From Chromera velia (taxonomy: Eukaryota), in assembly GCA_018398765.1 (NCBI GenBank), contig JAHBMJ010000277.1, positions 1 through 64,000 on the forward strand: DNA of 64,000 nucleotides. The letters are read 5' to 3'. A program made the translations under genes and the position numbers. Numbering within the stretch: the stretch's first letter is position 1; each line of letters opens with the position of its first letter. Below the pieces are notes generated by a model. It worked only from the letters and a program-made list of their open reading frames with translations, did not search any database and was not told the origin of the DNA. Shown here one piece after another: positions 26,153 through 41,997 of the stretch.

Positions 26153-27179
26153 CCTCTATAGTCTCTTGCAGCTTTTTCCTTCCATGTGATGGTGCATCGA
26201 TCTAGCTCACTTTGAATTTGTTTGTTTGCTTGCTTGTATGTGCAGAGTTCGTTACTTTGGGTGGAGTGCGTCCTACCTAGGATTCCGTCTTTTCATCAAA
26301 CCCCTGCAGTCACTTTTTTTGGGAACTGGGGGCCCATCAGTGGGGGTCTCTCAGTCAACCCACAAGCTTCATAGATGGACTGTGAGCTTCAATTGGGTCT
26401 TTCTGATTCTTCTGTTTTTCGGTGTCCTCAGCAGCACGACGCCGGAGTTTGATGAGGGGATGAGTGCGGTGGAGGTTCTGGTTGCGATTTTGTCATCTTT
26501 CTCCGACTCGTCCCTCCTCGCTGTCCTCTTCGTCTACGCTCTCTCGCTTCCCGTCTCGTGGACTTTGAATTTTCTGTTACAACCCGAAACGCCAAAAATC
26601 CCCTTGCTGAAGAGTCTCGCGGCAGTGGCCAGGAAAGGAGAGAGGGTGACAGTGGATCATGCAAATCTCCTCTGGACGGCGCAAGTGGTATCACGTGGTT
26701 CTTGGTGGAGCCTAAGGGGAAAGAAGAGGTGGAGACAGACATCAGCGCTGTCCTCTCTTCTCCCCATCTCCCGGCAGTCTCCAGAGGCTCGACAGAAACT
26801 TGTACAGTGGAGGAGAGAACAGATTGTGGCCGAAGGGGGAGAGATAGAAGCAGAAACGCAGCAGACAGAGGCCAACCTGTCATCCAAGATTTGGGTCCTC
26901 CCAGAGACCTTCCGAGCCTTCTGGCTGTTCCGACAGAGTCGAAAAACGGTGTGGGGCGTCGGCTTCTGTCTCTTTTGGATTTGTTGCTGCAGCTTCTATG
27001 TGCTCTCTTTTGCCCTCGTATATCCTATCAAGGTAGCAAATGTGATCGAGATGGGCAACAGCGCGCTCACGATGTTTCTCATCAACGGGATCGTCCGTCC
27101 GCTCTTCCTCGCCGCCGGTCTGGGAATGAGCCTCTTCTTTCTCATCAGCCTTCTACAAAGACCAGACGTGAAGATCTGA
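9109..27179 (+). CDS. Large surface receptor: signal peptide + 7 FG-GAP repeats + 4 EGF-like modules + S/T-rich helical stalk + GAIN/GPS-like region + 5 polycystin-1-like TM helices (~2262 aa, 19 exons)
   Basis: Exons 9109-9142, 9907-10218, 10656-10865, 11250-11468, 12283-12492, 13422-13637, 14081-14308, 14606-14833, 15542-15589, 15922-16050, 16571-16696, 18249-18371, 19317-19483, 20131-20436, 20829-21078, 21429-22146, 23109-24351, 24598-25685, 26246-27179 join in frame (6789 nt). Signal [16 protein letters not shown]. Seven GDxNxDxxxD loops. EGF-Ca motifs such as DIDEC...C...[33 protein letters not shown] motif before the first TM helix. Confidence 0.85.
9539..9713. repeat. Tandem repeat, 3 x 58 bp, in intron 1 of the receptor gene
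   Basis: CATTTGACTGCCTGCA(A/T)GCATTGCGTTCCGACTACAGCAACAAAACTTTGTCATTC starts at 9541, 9599 and 9657, with no spacers. Confidence 0.95.
12795..13052. repeat. (GT)n microsatellite, intronic
   Basis: Directly visible. Confidence 0.95.
16939..18240. repeat. Compound intronic microsatellites (CA)n-(GACA)n-(GAAA)n followed by (TTCC)n
   Basis: Directly visible; lies in intron 16697-18248. Confidence 0.95.
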
Positions 27180-28597
27180 CCTGCATAAGATCATGATATG
27201 ATTAGAGGATCCTGTGTGGATCGCGGCGGGCTTGCAGAGTCAGAAGTTCAAGTCATGCAGAGGCAATGAGTCGGAAGTGAAACAAGGATGCACGATTGAA
27301 CGTTTTCAGATTGCAAGCTTGATAGCCGAGTGCATCGGAGCACAGTGGTACACTTTCATTAGTGACGGTCCCAAAAGCATGCCTCGATCTGGTTGTCGAA
27401 ACAATTTTATTATTTCTTGTACATAAATTCTCAACCTTAACTTTCTATTAAAACTTAAGTTCAGACTTGAGAGTTTGCATGTGACCATATTATTACAAAG
27501 CACGGTAGTTTGTTATTACAACGGATATTGTTAGTACGATTAGTAAAACTAGGCCTTTGATAAATTCACATGCATGCAGAAAAAAAATCACTACCGGTTT
27601 GCAGCGCGAGTTAAAAGACGTGCACAAGTTTTTTTTTTTTTAAACAATCGGATTAACTTAAAAAATAAGTGTGGCCCCGCGTAAGTAGCATAGCTCTGCA
27701 ATTCAGGCTGTAAAAGTAGAGAAAATTTATAATATATATATTATAGGAAAAATTATGAAATTTTGGCAAAGTCCGGAAACAGTTTTTCGAGATCTCATCT
27801 TAAAATATCTGAAATTTAAACAACACCATAAATTTTGTAAACTTTTGTACTAAAAGATAGATTTATGATAAGCGTCTCCGATTTTTTAAAGTGCAGTTAA
27901 GTGCGGTGTAGTCATGCAGATTATGCTGGAAATGCGGGGCTGAGGATCAGGTGGGCCGCACTGTCGCAGGAATTGTTGCAAGTTACCGCAGGTGCCATTA
28001 TGAACTGTTTATAGGCCGGTGTCTGTCTATGTCTGTCTTAGTCTGTATCAAAGATGAGAAGCAAAATAAAAAGAAAAAAAAAAAATGCTATGAAAAACAA
28101 AACCTGATCTCATAACAGATCTCCCCATACCTGTCATTCTTGACTTTAATCCTCTCTTCTTTTTTTTTGTCAACACAAATTGCATATATAATTTGCATAT
28201 TAATGCATTCGGTTCAGTTTCCATTGCTTTTGCTGCTGACCTTGATGGACAACCGAATCTTCGCAGGTGGTTAGTGTGAATCGAAAAAATGGGCTCAGGG
28301 GATTGTTTCCTAAGTGCCCCCCGCTTCGCTTTCCGGGCCAAGTGCCCGGTCCCCGCTTCGCTTTCCGGGGCCACGACTGTATGCAAGACCGCAACGTACT
28401 GCAAGATGACTGCAACTTGTGCAAGGAAAAATGTGCATGAAGTACAGTTCCGAAGTAATAATACACGGAAGCATCAAGCCCTTCTAACATGATCTCGAAT
28501 GGTCGGTCTCCCCGTCCTGCATGAAAGTTAATTTCTGCAATTAACTCTGAGAGAAAACGGAATTAAGTCTACTTGAGGAGATCCTCAGTTCGTTGGC

Positions 28598-32878
<4,281 letters not shown>

Positions 32879-34119
32879 AAGAAAGAAGCAGCAAGACAGG
32901 AAAAGAAACAAATAGACAGACAGACGAAAAGAAGGGCGGAAAGAAGACGGTTTGTAAAAAGCAACAAACAGCTAGAGAAACGGAGAAAGAGTTTATGATC
33001 CACCGGCACAAGATTAGCCTCATAAATTGTGTTGCCTTGCCTGGCCTTGCTGTCTCGTTTGCTTGCTGGATTGGCTGTCTTGCGTCTGTCTTCCTGCCTG
33101 GGTGCGTGTCTGCATTGATTCATGCATGCGTGATCGATTCATCCTCATGTGGATCCATCGACTTGCCACCACAGCCAGTGGGGCCTGGCGAGCTTGGTCT
33201 TCTCTCTCAGACTCAGTGCATGTGTCTCGCATGTGCATGCACAAGCATGCAGAGATCATTTTTCGTGGGCGTGATTCCATTCGACCGATGCGGCAAGCAG
33301 TCCGGCATGCAGATCGGAAGGGAAATTTTGTTCGTGCATGCGGCATTGGGCCATTGAAGCAAAAGGAAAAGATGAATGGATGAGTAAGTGGATGAGTGTG
33401 TCATGCGTACATCAGCCTTCAACCAAAGGAGCGAGGAACGGACGCCAGCAGCTGCCGGCGCCGAGCTCAAAGAAGCCAGGACCGCGCTGGTGAATCAGTG
33501 GCGATGCGTGCAAGGGCAGAGGTCCGGGAGACGTGGGTTCTTACACTAACTCAGGTTCAATAGGTGTGCATGAGCGAATACAGGTTTAAAGTAGGAACAG
33601 CATTATTTTAAACTTCTACCTAGGCTTCTACTTGCTTCTAGGTCCTGACTTATAAATTAACACCTAGACTAGCACCTAGATTAATACTGCATACCATTAG
33701 AAATCATTATTATGATCATTATTCGATCAGCATCGCTATCGGCCTATAACTGAGCGTCTAGTGTTCGGCTGCCAGTGGTTCGATCTAGGGTTCGATACAC
33801 AAGTAACGCAGCTGGACACACTGTATGCTAGGGCACCGTGACTCTTCTCCATTCTGGGCTAAATTAAATCTCATAAAATCTAGTAAAATCGATCCTAGCC
33901 AAAATCCCATAAAATCTAGCATATATAAAATCCTTTTTTCGTTTTTAAATGGGAAAACGTTCACGACCTAGCCTAAAATCTTTTAAAATCCTAGTTACCT
34001 GCTAGTTTATCATAAGGTATACAACAGACTCCAACTTTTTTGCAGAAATGTGAAAAAACAAGCAAACAGACGAACTCTAACACTAACGCACTGTACATTT
34101 TACTAGACATTAACACACA

Positions 34120-34216
<97 letters not shown>

Positions 34217-34233
34217 GCACACACAGAGGCACA

Positions 34234-34285
<52 letters not shown>

Positions 34286-34298
34286 AAGAGAGAGAGAG

Positions 34299-34347
<49 letters not shown>

Positions 34348-36231
34348 CACACACACACACACTCACTCACTCACTCACACACACACACACACACACACAC
34401 GAATACATGAAAAAACATCACGCTTGCTCACACATTTCTATACGCTTAAGTTCTCTGATACACCAACAGACAAACAGAAAAGAAAAAAAAGAGAGAGCGC
34501 AAGAGAGAGCGAGCGAGCGAGAGAGAAAGAGAGGGAGAAGAAGGAGGGGAAGGGGGCGCTGGCAAGTAGACAGAAAGCTGCGGGTCGAAAAAGCTGCACT
34601 CGGGACATTTTTCCTTAATTGCAAATCGGATCGTTTCTCTTATTCCAGTGATAGAATGTGCAATTCGATCTACACTGCTTACATTCGTACAACGTCATGC
34701 TGAATTGCGCACCGAGATCCCTCATCAGCATTCACTGTTTTTAATTCTTACAGGCAGTGAAACTTAGTGTGAAAAGCAGTCTGACTGTCAAGCATTGCCG
34801 TTTTAGTGCGTGCGGATAAGAATGATTGAATGTGATCGAGCTTGAAGATCTTCTGCCTGCCGAACCCTTTCTGCATGGAGGTCTAAGAGCCTGTGGCCGT
34901 GCCCTCTTTCCCCTCAAAATGTGCCACGTTTGATCGCTGCCCGCCTCCACGTGTGTGGTCCTCTTTATAGCCGCCTGACATTCTGTCAGCAAAATCGACG
35001 CACGACTCCTTGAGGGGGTACGCAGTTCTAGAGATGCAATCACCTGTCGCAGTAAACGCTGAGCGTGTCCCCGTGCCAATGGCCTGCAGAGACAAGAAAA
35101 CAGTTATTGTAATACAATACATGCACGCATGGCCGAGAATTAAGGGACGAGCATATATAGAATCAGGATGGGCGACCCACGCATTTCATGCACTCACCGC
35201 GAGACCATCAAGGAACTTCTCGAATGCTGTTTGACAGGGGTTTGGTCGCCTGTCCTCAGTTGTGGTGGGCCCTCCGGTCGATGCCGCCGCTGCAGCAGCT
35301 GCTGCTGCGGGTGGAACTGCCATTCAGTCCAAAATCAGCCCCTTGCAATACTCCCTTGACGAGCCACAAAGAATTAATGCAGCCGATCGAGGAAGTACTC
35401 TCGATCGATGCGACGACAAACGACACGCAGTCTGACTCCTTCCCGAATAGAATCAATGACAAGAAGGAAGACCGGTCTCAGGAGAGTCAAGCGGAGATAT
35501 GTGATGCTCTGTCACACGACTGTATGTTTGCACATTCGATCTATGTACACAGTGTACACGCAGTGACTGGTGCTTCAATGTATGGTGCCAGGACCAGGCA
35601 GCGGTCGATGGACGCATACATACGTATTATTACGTATATACGTATAGGTAACTATATATCTGCGTATATATTTTCTTATGATCGATTTCTACGTATATAT
35701 ATATATCGGACGGTTTACATGTGTATCGGTTTTCACGTTTAATACTGGATATGACTGTCACCATGCGTGCATGCACCCGGACTTTTGAAAACGCGCACCC
35801 ACGGCCGCGCGACAAGTTGCGCGCGTGGCGCCGCGTGCTGAATGTCCCATTCGCTGAATGCATGCATGGTTGCTGCCAGGGGTGTCACTTCGACGGCCAC
35901 ATAAAAAAAACAACACGTACCGTGCAACACTCTGATGTTGAGCAACGGTTCATCAACTATCTGTGTTGTGGACGTACAACGCCCTGTTTTGGGTGTCAGT
36001 CCACCACCAACAGTTTCCGCTACATGCTTGCTCTTTACGTTGGATGTGTTCAATGCACCATCTCTCTTCTTGATATAGGGCGTGCAGTGGTCCCCCCTTG
36101 CACACTCTTCTTTGAGGGGAGGTGCTCACAGTGATTATAGTAGAGTTTCGCAGAGCGCCTACACGTGTTGCCTTTGGGGGCAAACTTCCACAGAGGCATA
36201 AGTCGACCCGCCAGGCTCGCACTGTAGCCCG

Positions 36232-37659
36232 ATGTCCACCTCCACTGCTGCACGTGCAGAGAAGGACCCTTTGAGAACAGTTATCAGGCAATTGACACCA
36301 GAGCCTGGCCTCGTCTTTGAGTGGGCCAAAGCAGGGTACTTCGGCCTTTCATGGCTGACCCTGTACTACTGGAAGCGAAAGAATGAGGGAGGAGGTCGTT
36401 TGATCAATGTTGACTTCTCCGATCTACCCAACGAGTACCTCCCTCTCCTGACGAGGTTTCTGCCCCCTTCCGTCCTATCAGTGCGGTTCAAGGGAAATAG
36501 ACTGACCCAAACGACTGGGAAGGCGCTGTCTGTCCTTTCCTTGAGGCATGTGAGGCTTGAGGGGTGCACAATCACCCCTGAGGCCGCACGCTCAATTTTC
36601 CCAAATCTGCAACCCTCTGTCGAAACCTTTTCGGCAGGCACCTTGCTCACCCCCCCCCCTCCTGCCCACATTCGCGCGCGTCAGCAAGCCTACCCGGAAT
36701 TCTTCACCCCGTCCAATGAGGCAACCGAATGGAGCAAGAAGGTTGTGGAGGTTTGGGGGGTGATAGGGAGGTCAATGGAAAGCGGGGGCCTCCGTCAGTT
36801 GAAGTCTCTTGCGCTTGGAGAGGAAGGGGCCGGGATCGACTCTCAGGCAGCCCTTTGCGTGTTTCCCTTCCTTCCGCCCTCTCTCGAAAGCCTGAAGCTT
36901 TCAGAAAACGGAGCAATAGACCAAGCAGGGTGGGAGGCCCTGGGGAAGAGAATGGAGGGTGGAGAGAGAAAAGAAAAAGAGGAAAGAGAGGGTATGGGAG
37001 GGTTGAGTCAAATGAAGGAGTTGTTGATTGACCATTGTCTGATTACTGAGAAAAAGGGACGTGCATTCATGGCATTTTTACCCTCTTCTCTCCGGGTCCT
37101 GGACCTGACCGGCAACTTTCACTTAGGCAGATACGCAGATATTTTTACCTCTTTTTTGAAAGAGGAAGGGGAACTGTGCAATCTGCAGAAACTGAAACTT
37201 GAGCATTGCGGCCTGACAGACAACACAGCATCCATCGTCTTTTCCCGTCTCCCCCTGACTTTGATGACTCTCGATGTCAGCTTCAATTCCGAAAACCAGG
37301 TACAGCCAGGAACGATAGGCGACGCCGCCTGGGGAGCTCTTGGAAAGCAGATGCAGGAGAACAAACTTCCAAACCTGCAGGAATTGATTGCTGGATCCAC
37401 CTCACTTACTCCGCACCGCGCCAGTTCGTTCCTTTTCCACCTCCCTTCTTCTCTGAAACTCCTGGACATTTCGGGGAACCCAGAGATGGTCTCCTTTCAG
37501 GACGACCAGTGGGAAAAGGTCGCGAAGCAGGTTGGGGGATCTCTGACCAAATTTCTTTGTGGAAGCTCTCTTTCTGCAGCACAGCAAAAGAAAAAGCAGG
37601 AATGGTTCCCACAGTTGGAGAACTCTACTCGCAGAGCGAAATGGCGCCTGCTGATTTAG
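36232..37659 (+). CDS. Intronless leucine-rich repeat protein (ribonuclease-inhibitor-like LRR), 475 aa
   Basis: Single ORF with repeated LP(P/S)SLxxLxLSxN and LxxLxxLxLxxCxI/LT motifs (LPPSLESLKLSEN, LPSSLRVLDLTGN, LQKLKLEHCGLT, LPSSLKLLDISGN). Confidence 0.85.
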   Translation: MSTSTAARAEKDPLRTVIRQLTPEPGLVFEWAKAGYFGLSWLTLYYWKRKNEGGGRLINVDFSDLPNEYLPLLTRFLPPSVLSVRFKGNRLTQTTGKALSVLSLRHVRLEGCTITPEAARSIFPNLQPSVETFSAGTLLTPPPPAHIRARQQAYPEFFTPSNEATEWSKKVVEVWGVIGRSMESGGLRQLKSLALGEEGAGIDSQAALCVFPFLPPSLESLKLSENGAIDQAGWEALGKRMEGGERKEKEEREGMGGLSQMKELLIDHCLITEKKGRAFMAFLPSSLRVLDLTGNFHLGRYADIFTSFLKEEGELCNLQKLKLEHCGLTDNTASIVFSRLPLTLMTLDVSFNSENQVQPGTIGDAAWGALGKQMQENKLPNLQELIAGSTSLTPHRASSFLFHLPSSLKLLDISGNPEMVSFQDDQWEKVAKQVGGSLTKFLCGSSLSAAQQKKKQEWFPQLENSTRRAKWRLLI

Positions 37660-37820
37660 ATTGAACCCAGCTGAAGCTACGCAAAGCTAGGCTCACAAAG
37701 ATTTCAGCTAGGATTTCAGATTAGCAGTTTTATCATAAAGCATATTGTATCATTAAAGATCGACATGAAAAATCTATAGTAGTTATTATATACAGTTAAA
37801 CATTCATAATTCAAAAAAAC

Positions 37821-38331
37821 CAGTGTTGTTAAGTCTCGGTACTTTCGGTACCTCGGTACCAGAGGGGGGGTCGGTATCGGATTTTGGATCGGATCTTTCG
37901 GTACCGACCTAAATGACTCTCAAACTTAAAAATCACATGTAGTCTGATGTTATAATATCATTTACACACACTTCATAAAACAAAATAAACAAAATACAAT
38001 GCAAGAAATTAAAATTAAGAAAGTCTTTTCTAGCTTTTTTGATTATTCCGCGACTTCTGTCTTCTAGAACAGTCTATGGATTGAGGCATAAAACCCATGT
38101 GTAGAACTGTTTGCTTGCATAAATCGAGGATGCATGCTTTTGAGGCTGATCAAATCAGATCGATGCATGCTGTATGACAATACATGGCAACAGATGCGTC
38201 ACCACGTTTAGAATATGTAAAAAAGCCGGTACCGAAAGTACCAAAAAGGTACTGAAAGTACCGAAAAATTTCGGATCGGGGGGTTGGTATCGGATTTTGG
38301 TACTTAGGTTTGTCGGGACTTAACAACTCTG
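37821..38331. mobile_element. Non-autonomous hAT-type MITE, 511 bp
   Basis: TIRs CAGTGTTGTTAAGTC / GACTTAACAACTCTG (14/15 match). Identical 8-bp flanks AAAAAAAC (37813-37820 and 38332-38339) form the TSD. Multiple subterminal GGTAC/GTACC repeats at both ends. Confidence 0.9.
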
Positions 38332-38984
38332 AAAAAAACTTTTTTTACATGTTTATGCATGTTTTACAATTATTAAATCGAGTCTAGGATCGAGTTTTAG
38401 CAATTGTTTTAGCCAAAGTTTCTAGTAAAGTTTTAACTTAAAAATCAAGTAGAGACTTAAAGTTAAAAAAAAAAAATCTACATGACTTATTATATAGATA
38501 ACTCAATTTGTCTATAAAAAAAATTTTTTTTTTTGTTTGAATTTCATCAGTGTTGTTTGAGTGTGGTATAAGTGTTGCACTAGGTAGTACTAGGTATTCT
38601 AGATATAAACCGTATACGTACATTTTACCTCGGAGGGCAGCCCAGTCTGGCCTAAGTAGACGGCCTAGACCATGAAAAACGATATTATAGCTAGAAACAA
38701 CTTCAAACAAGCAAAAACTTACTGAAAAACTTTGTTATAACAACTGAAAAGCTAGCTGAAAAGGTATAAAAAATCATGTCTTTCTTAGTATGTGGACTAT
38801 AAACACAATCTGACAATGAAACAAGTGGTTATATGAATTAAAAATGTCTTTTTATTATGTTTTGGTCGTCTTTCATTCGTTTTCCGTATGTCACACCTGT
38901 AAAAATCATGTTTTTACAGTGAAAAGTTTCAAATTTAGTGTCAAATTAGTGAGGAAACGACCTTTAGCTAGATATAAAAAGGTT

Positions 38985-39069
38985 ATATAACCGATAGGTT
39001 AACCAAACCAAAACCCTTTTTGACGGCCAAGTCGGTTCGGTTCGGTTAATAAACTATTTCCCATCCCTG
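38985..39069. mobile_element. Orphan hAT (Ac-like) terminal remnant
   Basis: Ends TTTCCCATCCCTG (reverse complement CAGGGATGGGAAA, similar to the Ac TIR CAGGGATGAAA), preceded by AACCG/CGGTT subterminal repeats. Partner end not found. Confidence 0.5.
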
Positions 39070-39729
39070 CTTACAGTGTTGATTGAAACACAAGTGACGT
39101 GATAAACTTGAAGTCATAGTCACATGGTGTTGATGAGAGTATAAAAAAAAGAGAAGAAGTTAATGAAGGTAGAAAAGTTGTGATGTTCAGAAATTTATCT
39201 AGAAATTCATTAAGACTTAGAGATAAACTCATCCATACTTAGGTCCGTAGACTCGTACGTTGAAAAACTGTGTTTGTATAAACTTCTTAGTAGATCGTTT
39301 TTAGGATCGTTTCTCATTGATATTTGAACTCCGTCTCCAGACAACAACTTTTTAGTGATGCATTCCCTCTTGAACCTCTTCCTGTGCGCCGCCACCGATC
39401 TAGCCACCGATCCTCCTGCACGCATATAATACCTCGATCGTCATACTACGTACTCAAGTTCTAGCACAAGCTGTTAGCCAGATCAAGCAGAAGTACTAGT
39501 GGCTCACCAGCTCTAATATAACCGTTTATACTTATATATTTTTTTAAAGCGGCGACTTCTGGTAGAACGGCGACAGTGCTCTATCTAGGGCACCAATTGA
39601 ATTATTATCACTATCGATCACTATATACACTTTTTTTTTAATTTTTTAAAAATTTGAACAATGATTTTCTAACAACTTATTACCCCCAAGAAGGCTTCCT
39701 ATGGTCAATCGGTGAGCCGCGCAAAAGCC

Positions 39730-39861
39730 AGGGCGCTGAAGGCGCCTGGGCGTAGAAGCCCGACCACGCCGAAGGCGCGGGCACGCTTGGGCCCGAGGGC
39801 GCTAAAGGCACTCGGGCGCAGAAGCCAGACCGCGCCAAAGGCGTGGACGCGCTGCATGGAG
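39730..39861. repeat. GC-rich 2 x 66 bp tandem repeat built of small hairpins
   Basis: Units begin AGGGCGCT at 39730 and 39796. They contain GGCGC-TGAAG-GCGCC, CGCC-GAA-GGCG, CCCGAG...CTCGGG and CGCC-AAA-GGCG stems. Confidence 0.8.
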
Positions 39862-41314
39862 CCTGACCATACATACATGCATTGTAAAGTCGCATCCCCA
39901 ACCAGTTCAAAATGCATGGATCGAAACGCGAATGAATTAACCATTTTAAATATGCTTAAAAGTAAAATATCGGATAGAATGCTGCCTAAGAATACATGTT
40001 AAAGCCTCTTCTTCTCTTCCCCATACCGCGGTAGTATCATTGTTGACCTCATCCCTTCAAGATCCACTTTCTGTGAGGTGCATTTCTGTTCATGGTAGAG
40101 TGTGTCCCCTTTGCTGCGTATACAGTTTCCCGACCGCCTGAAAGTCGCCGCGAGAGTTAATTCAATGATGAAAAACTGATAGGAAAGCTTCTTAGGGGTA
40201 CAACTTATCCAATTATTCCAATATGCAATAATGAACCTAGTAATGAACACCGTCACCTACATGCATGCAGGCGTTTCTCAAGCAAGTCAAAAAACAGTGG
40301 ACAACCGTGACAATGCATGGAAATAATTATGACTAGAATAATGATGGATTCAGAATAGAATCCGAGTCCTCATTGAACGGGAAGACACCCTGAAGAGAAA
40401 ATCCTGCCGGGCGCTGCTGACAAAACCCGGCTGTCAAACCGAATTTCACGCAAACCACCAGCACACTTGCTGCCAAGGATGCATCAACAACAGCAGACAG
40501 CCTTTGTGAGAGTAGAGACACAAACCTGTAGATGAAAAAGAAAGAAAAAGGCACGCGGATCGTCACAGGCCAAGTCGATCGCTTGCGGTGCGCAGCAGTC
40601 TCCTAACTCGGTCCGAGACTCGCTGAAACACGTGCGTCTGGCTCCCTTATGCAATTCCGGTGCATCCCCTCTTTGTATGCCCCACCAAGCCGAACCAGTC
40701 ACAGAAAAAAAAAGGAAGACCAAGCAGAAGCAGCCAGCAGATCAAACAACAGGTCGACGGAGAGACCCACCGCTCGGTCGGTCTAGATATGCAGAATTGG
40801 ATCCAGTCCAAAAAGTAAACAAAAAACGAGAGCAGTCTCTCTCACACTGAGAGAGATTCTCTACTCGGCTGACGTCGTCGGACATACCCACTCCCCGATT
40901 CCTTCGCTCCTTCTCCAAACTAAATCTCCACAGCCTCAGTCTATCTATGTTTGAATTCGATCTACACGGGCAGGCGTCCGATGCGATGAAATCGAAGAAG
41001 GAATGGAAAAGCAACACAAAAAAAGGAGTCCTCAGGGGACCACTCTCCGATTCGATCACACTCCAAGCACATCCGCCCAACAACGAAAGAAGGAAAAAGG
41101 AGCGGGACAAGGGCTCTGTCTCGAAAGAAAAGGGATCGAAAAAACGATTCCTAAAGCTCGAATCAATCAATCGCTTTTCAGCAACCAGCTGCCCGTGTAA
41201 GCAAGGAAGACAGGCAGACAGAAAGAAACATGATACAAGCATAATCAGTGACTGAATTCGCTCCCGCCCTTTGAACTCGCACTCTCATCTCTCTTCATTC
41301 TTACCTTGATTCGC

Positions 41315-41884
41315 TTAACGAGAGCACTTTCCGCCTTCCTTCTCCCCTTTCCATTCTGAATCCCAGCTTCGCACCAACTCCCCCCACTCCCCACCCTGCT
41401 TCCCAGAAACCCACCAGTTTGTTACTCTCTTTGCCATCTCCACATCATTTGGACAGATGGAATCCATGCCAGCCCAAAGAGACGCCAACACACACTCTGG
41501 GCGATCCACCCCCTTGCCCCACCATGACATCACCCTCACCCCCCCTTCCTGGAGTGCCTCCACGTACGTCCGGAGAGCCACCGGGGCCCCCAGCGCTTTC
41601 GTCTCAAGTTGTCCCGTTTCGAAGCCGGGAGGCAACAGAGTGTTGAACTTCAAGTGCGCCCAATCGGAGCCGTACCTTCAAAGTGAAGTGAAGGGAAAGG
41701 AAAGGAAGAGAAAAAGAGGAAAGCAAAGAAAGAAAGAGTGCCCATGTAGGTAGGTAGAAAGGGGGAGGCAGGAACGATCAACGGAGTGGTCTGAGGATTC
41801 GGTCACAAGTAAACGAACAGACTTACTTGCCTTTCAGACTTCTTGTTACCTTTTTGTGTTCCGGTACCTTCAAGACAAATGAAA

Positions 41885-41952
<68 letters not shown>

Positions 41953-41963
41953 ACACTCACTCA

Positions 41964-41997
<34 letters not shown>

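Noticed and set aside
27672..27942. GCCCCGC / GCGGGGC inverted pair as MITE ends
   Set aside because: Only ~7 bp of complementarity and no TSD.
33590..33995. CTAG- and AAAATC-rich clusters suggesting a decayed MITE or telomere-like repeat
   Set aside because: No paired TIRs or TSD and no regular telomeric unit; probably TE debris that cannot be delimited.
35188..35742. 184-aa ORF upstream of the LRR gene
   Set aside because: No recognisable domain or convincing splice path to the LRR ORF; its 3' half is AT-rich and looks non-coding.
39999..40256. Minus-strand ORF faintly like a piggyBac transposase C-terminus (KLSYQFFIIEL...RSGNC...QKC)
   Set aside because: The Cys pattern is incomplete and I found no TTAA-bounded TIRs. 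Needs a tBLASTn or HMM search.
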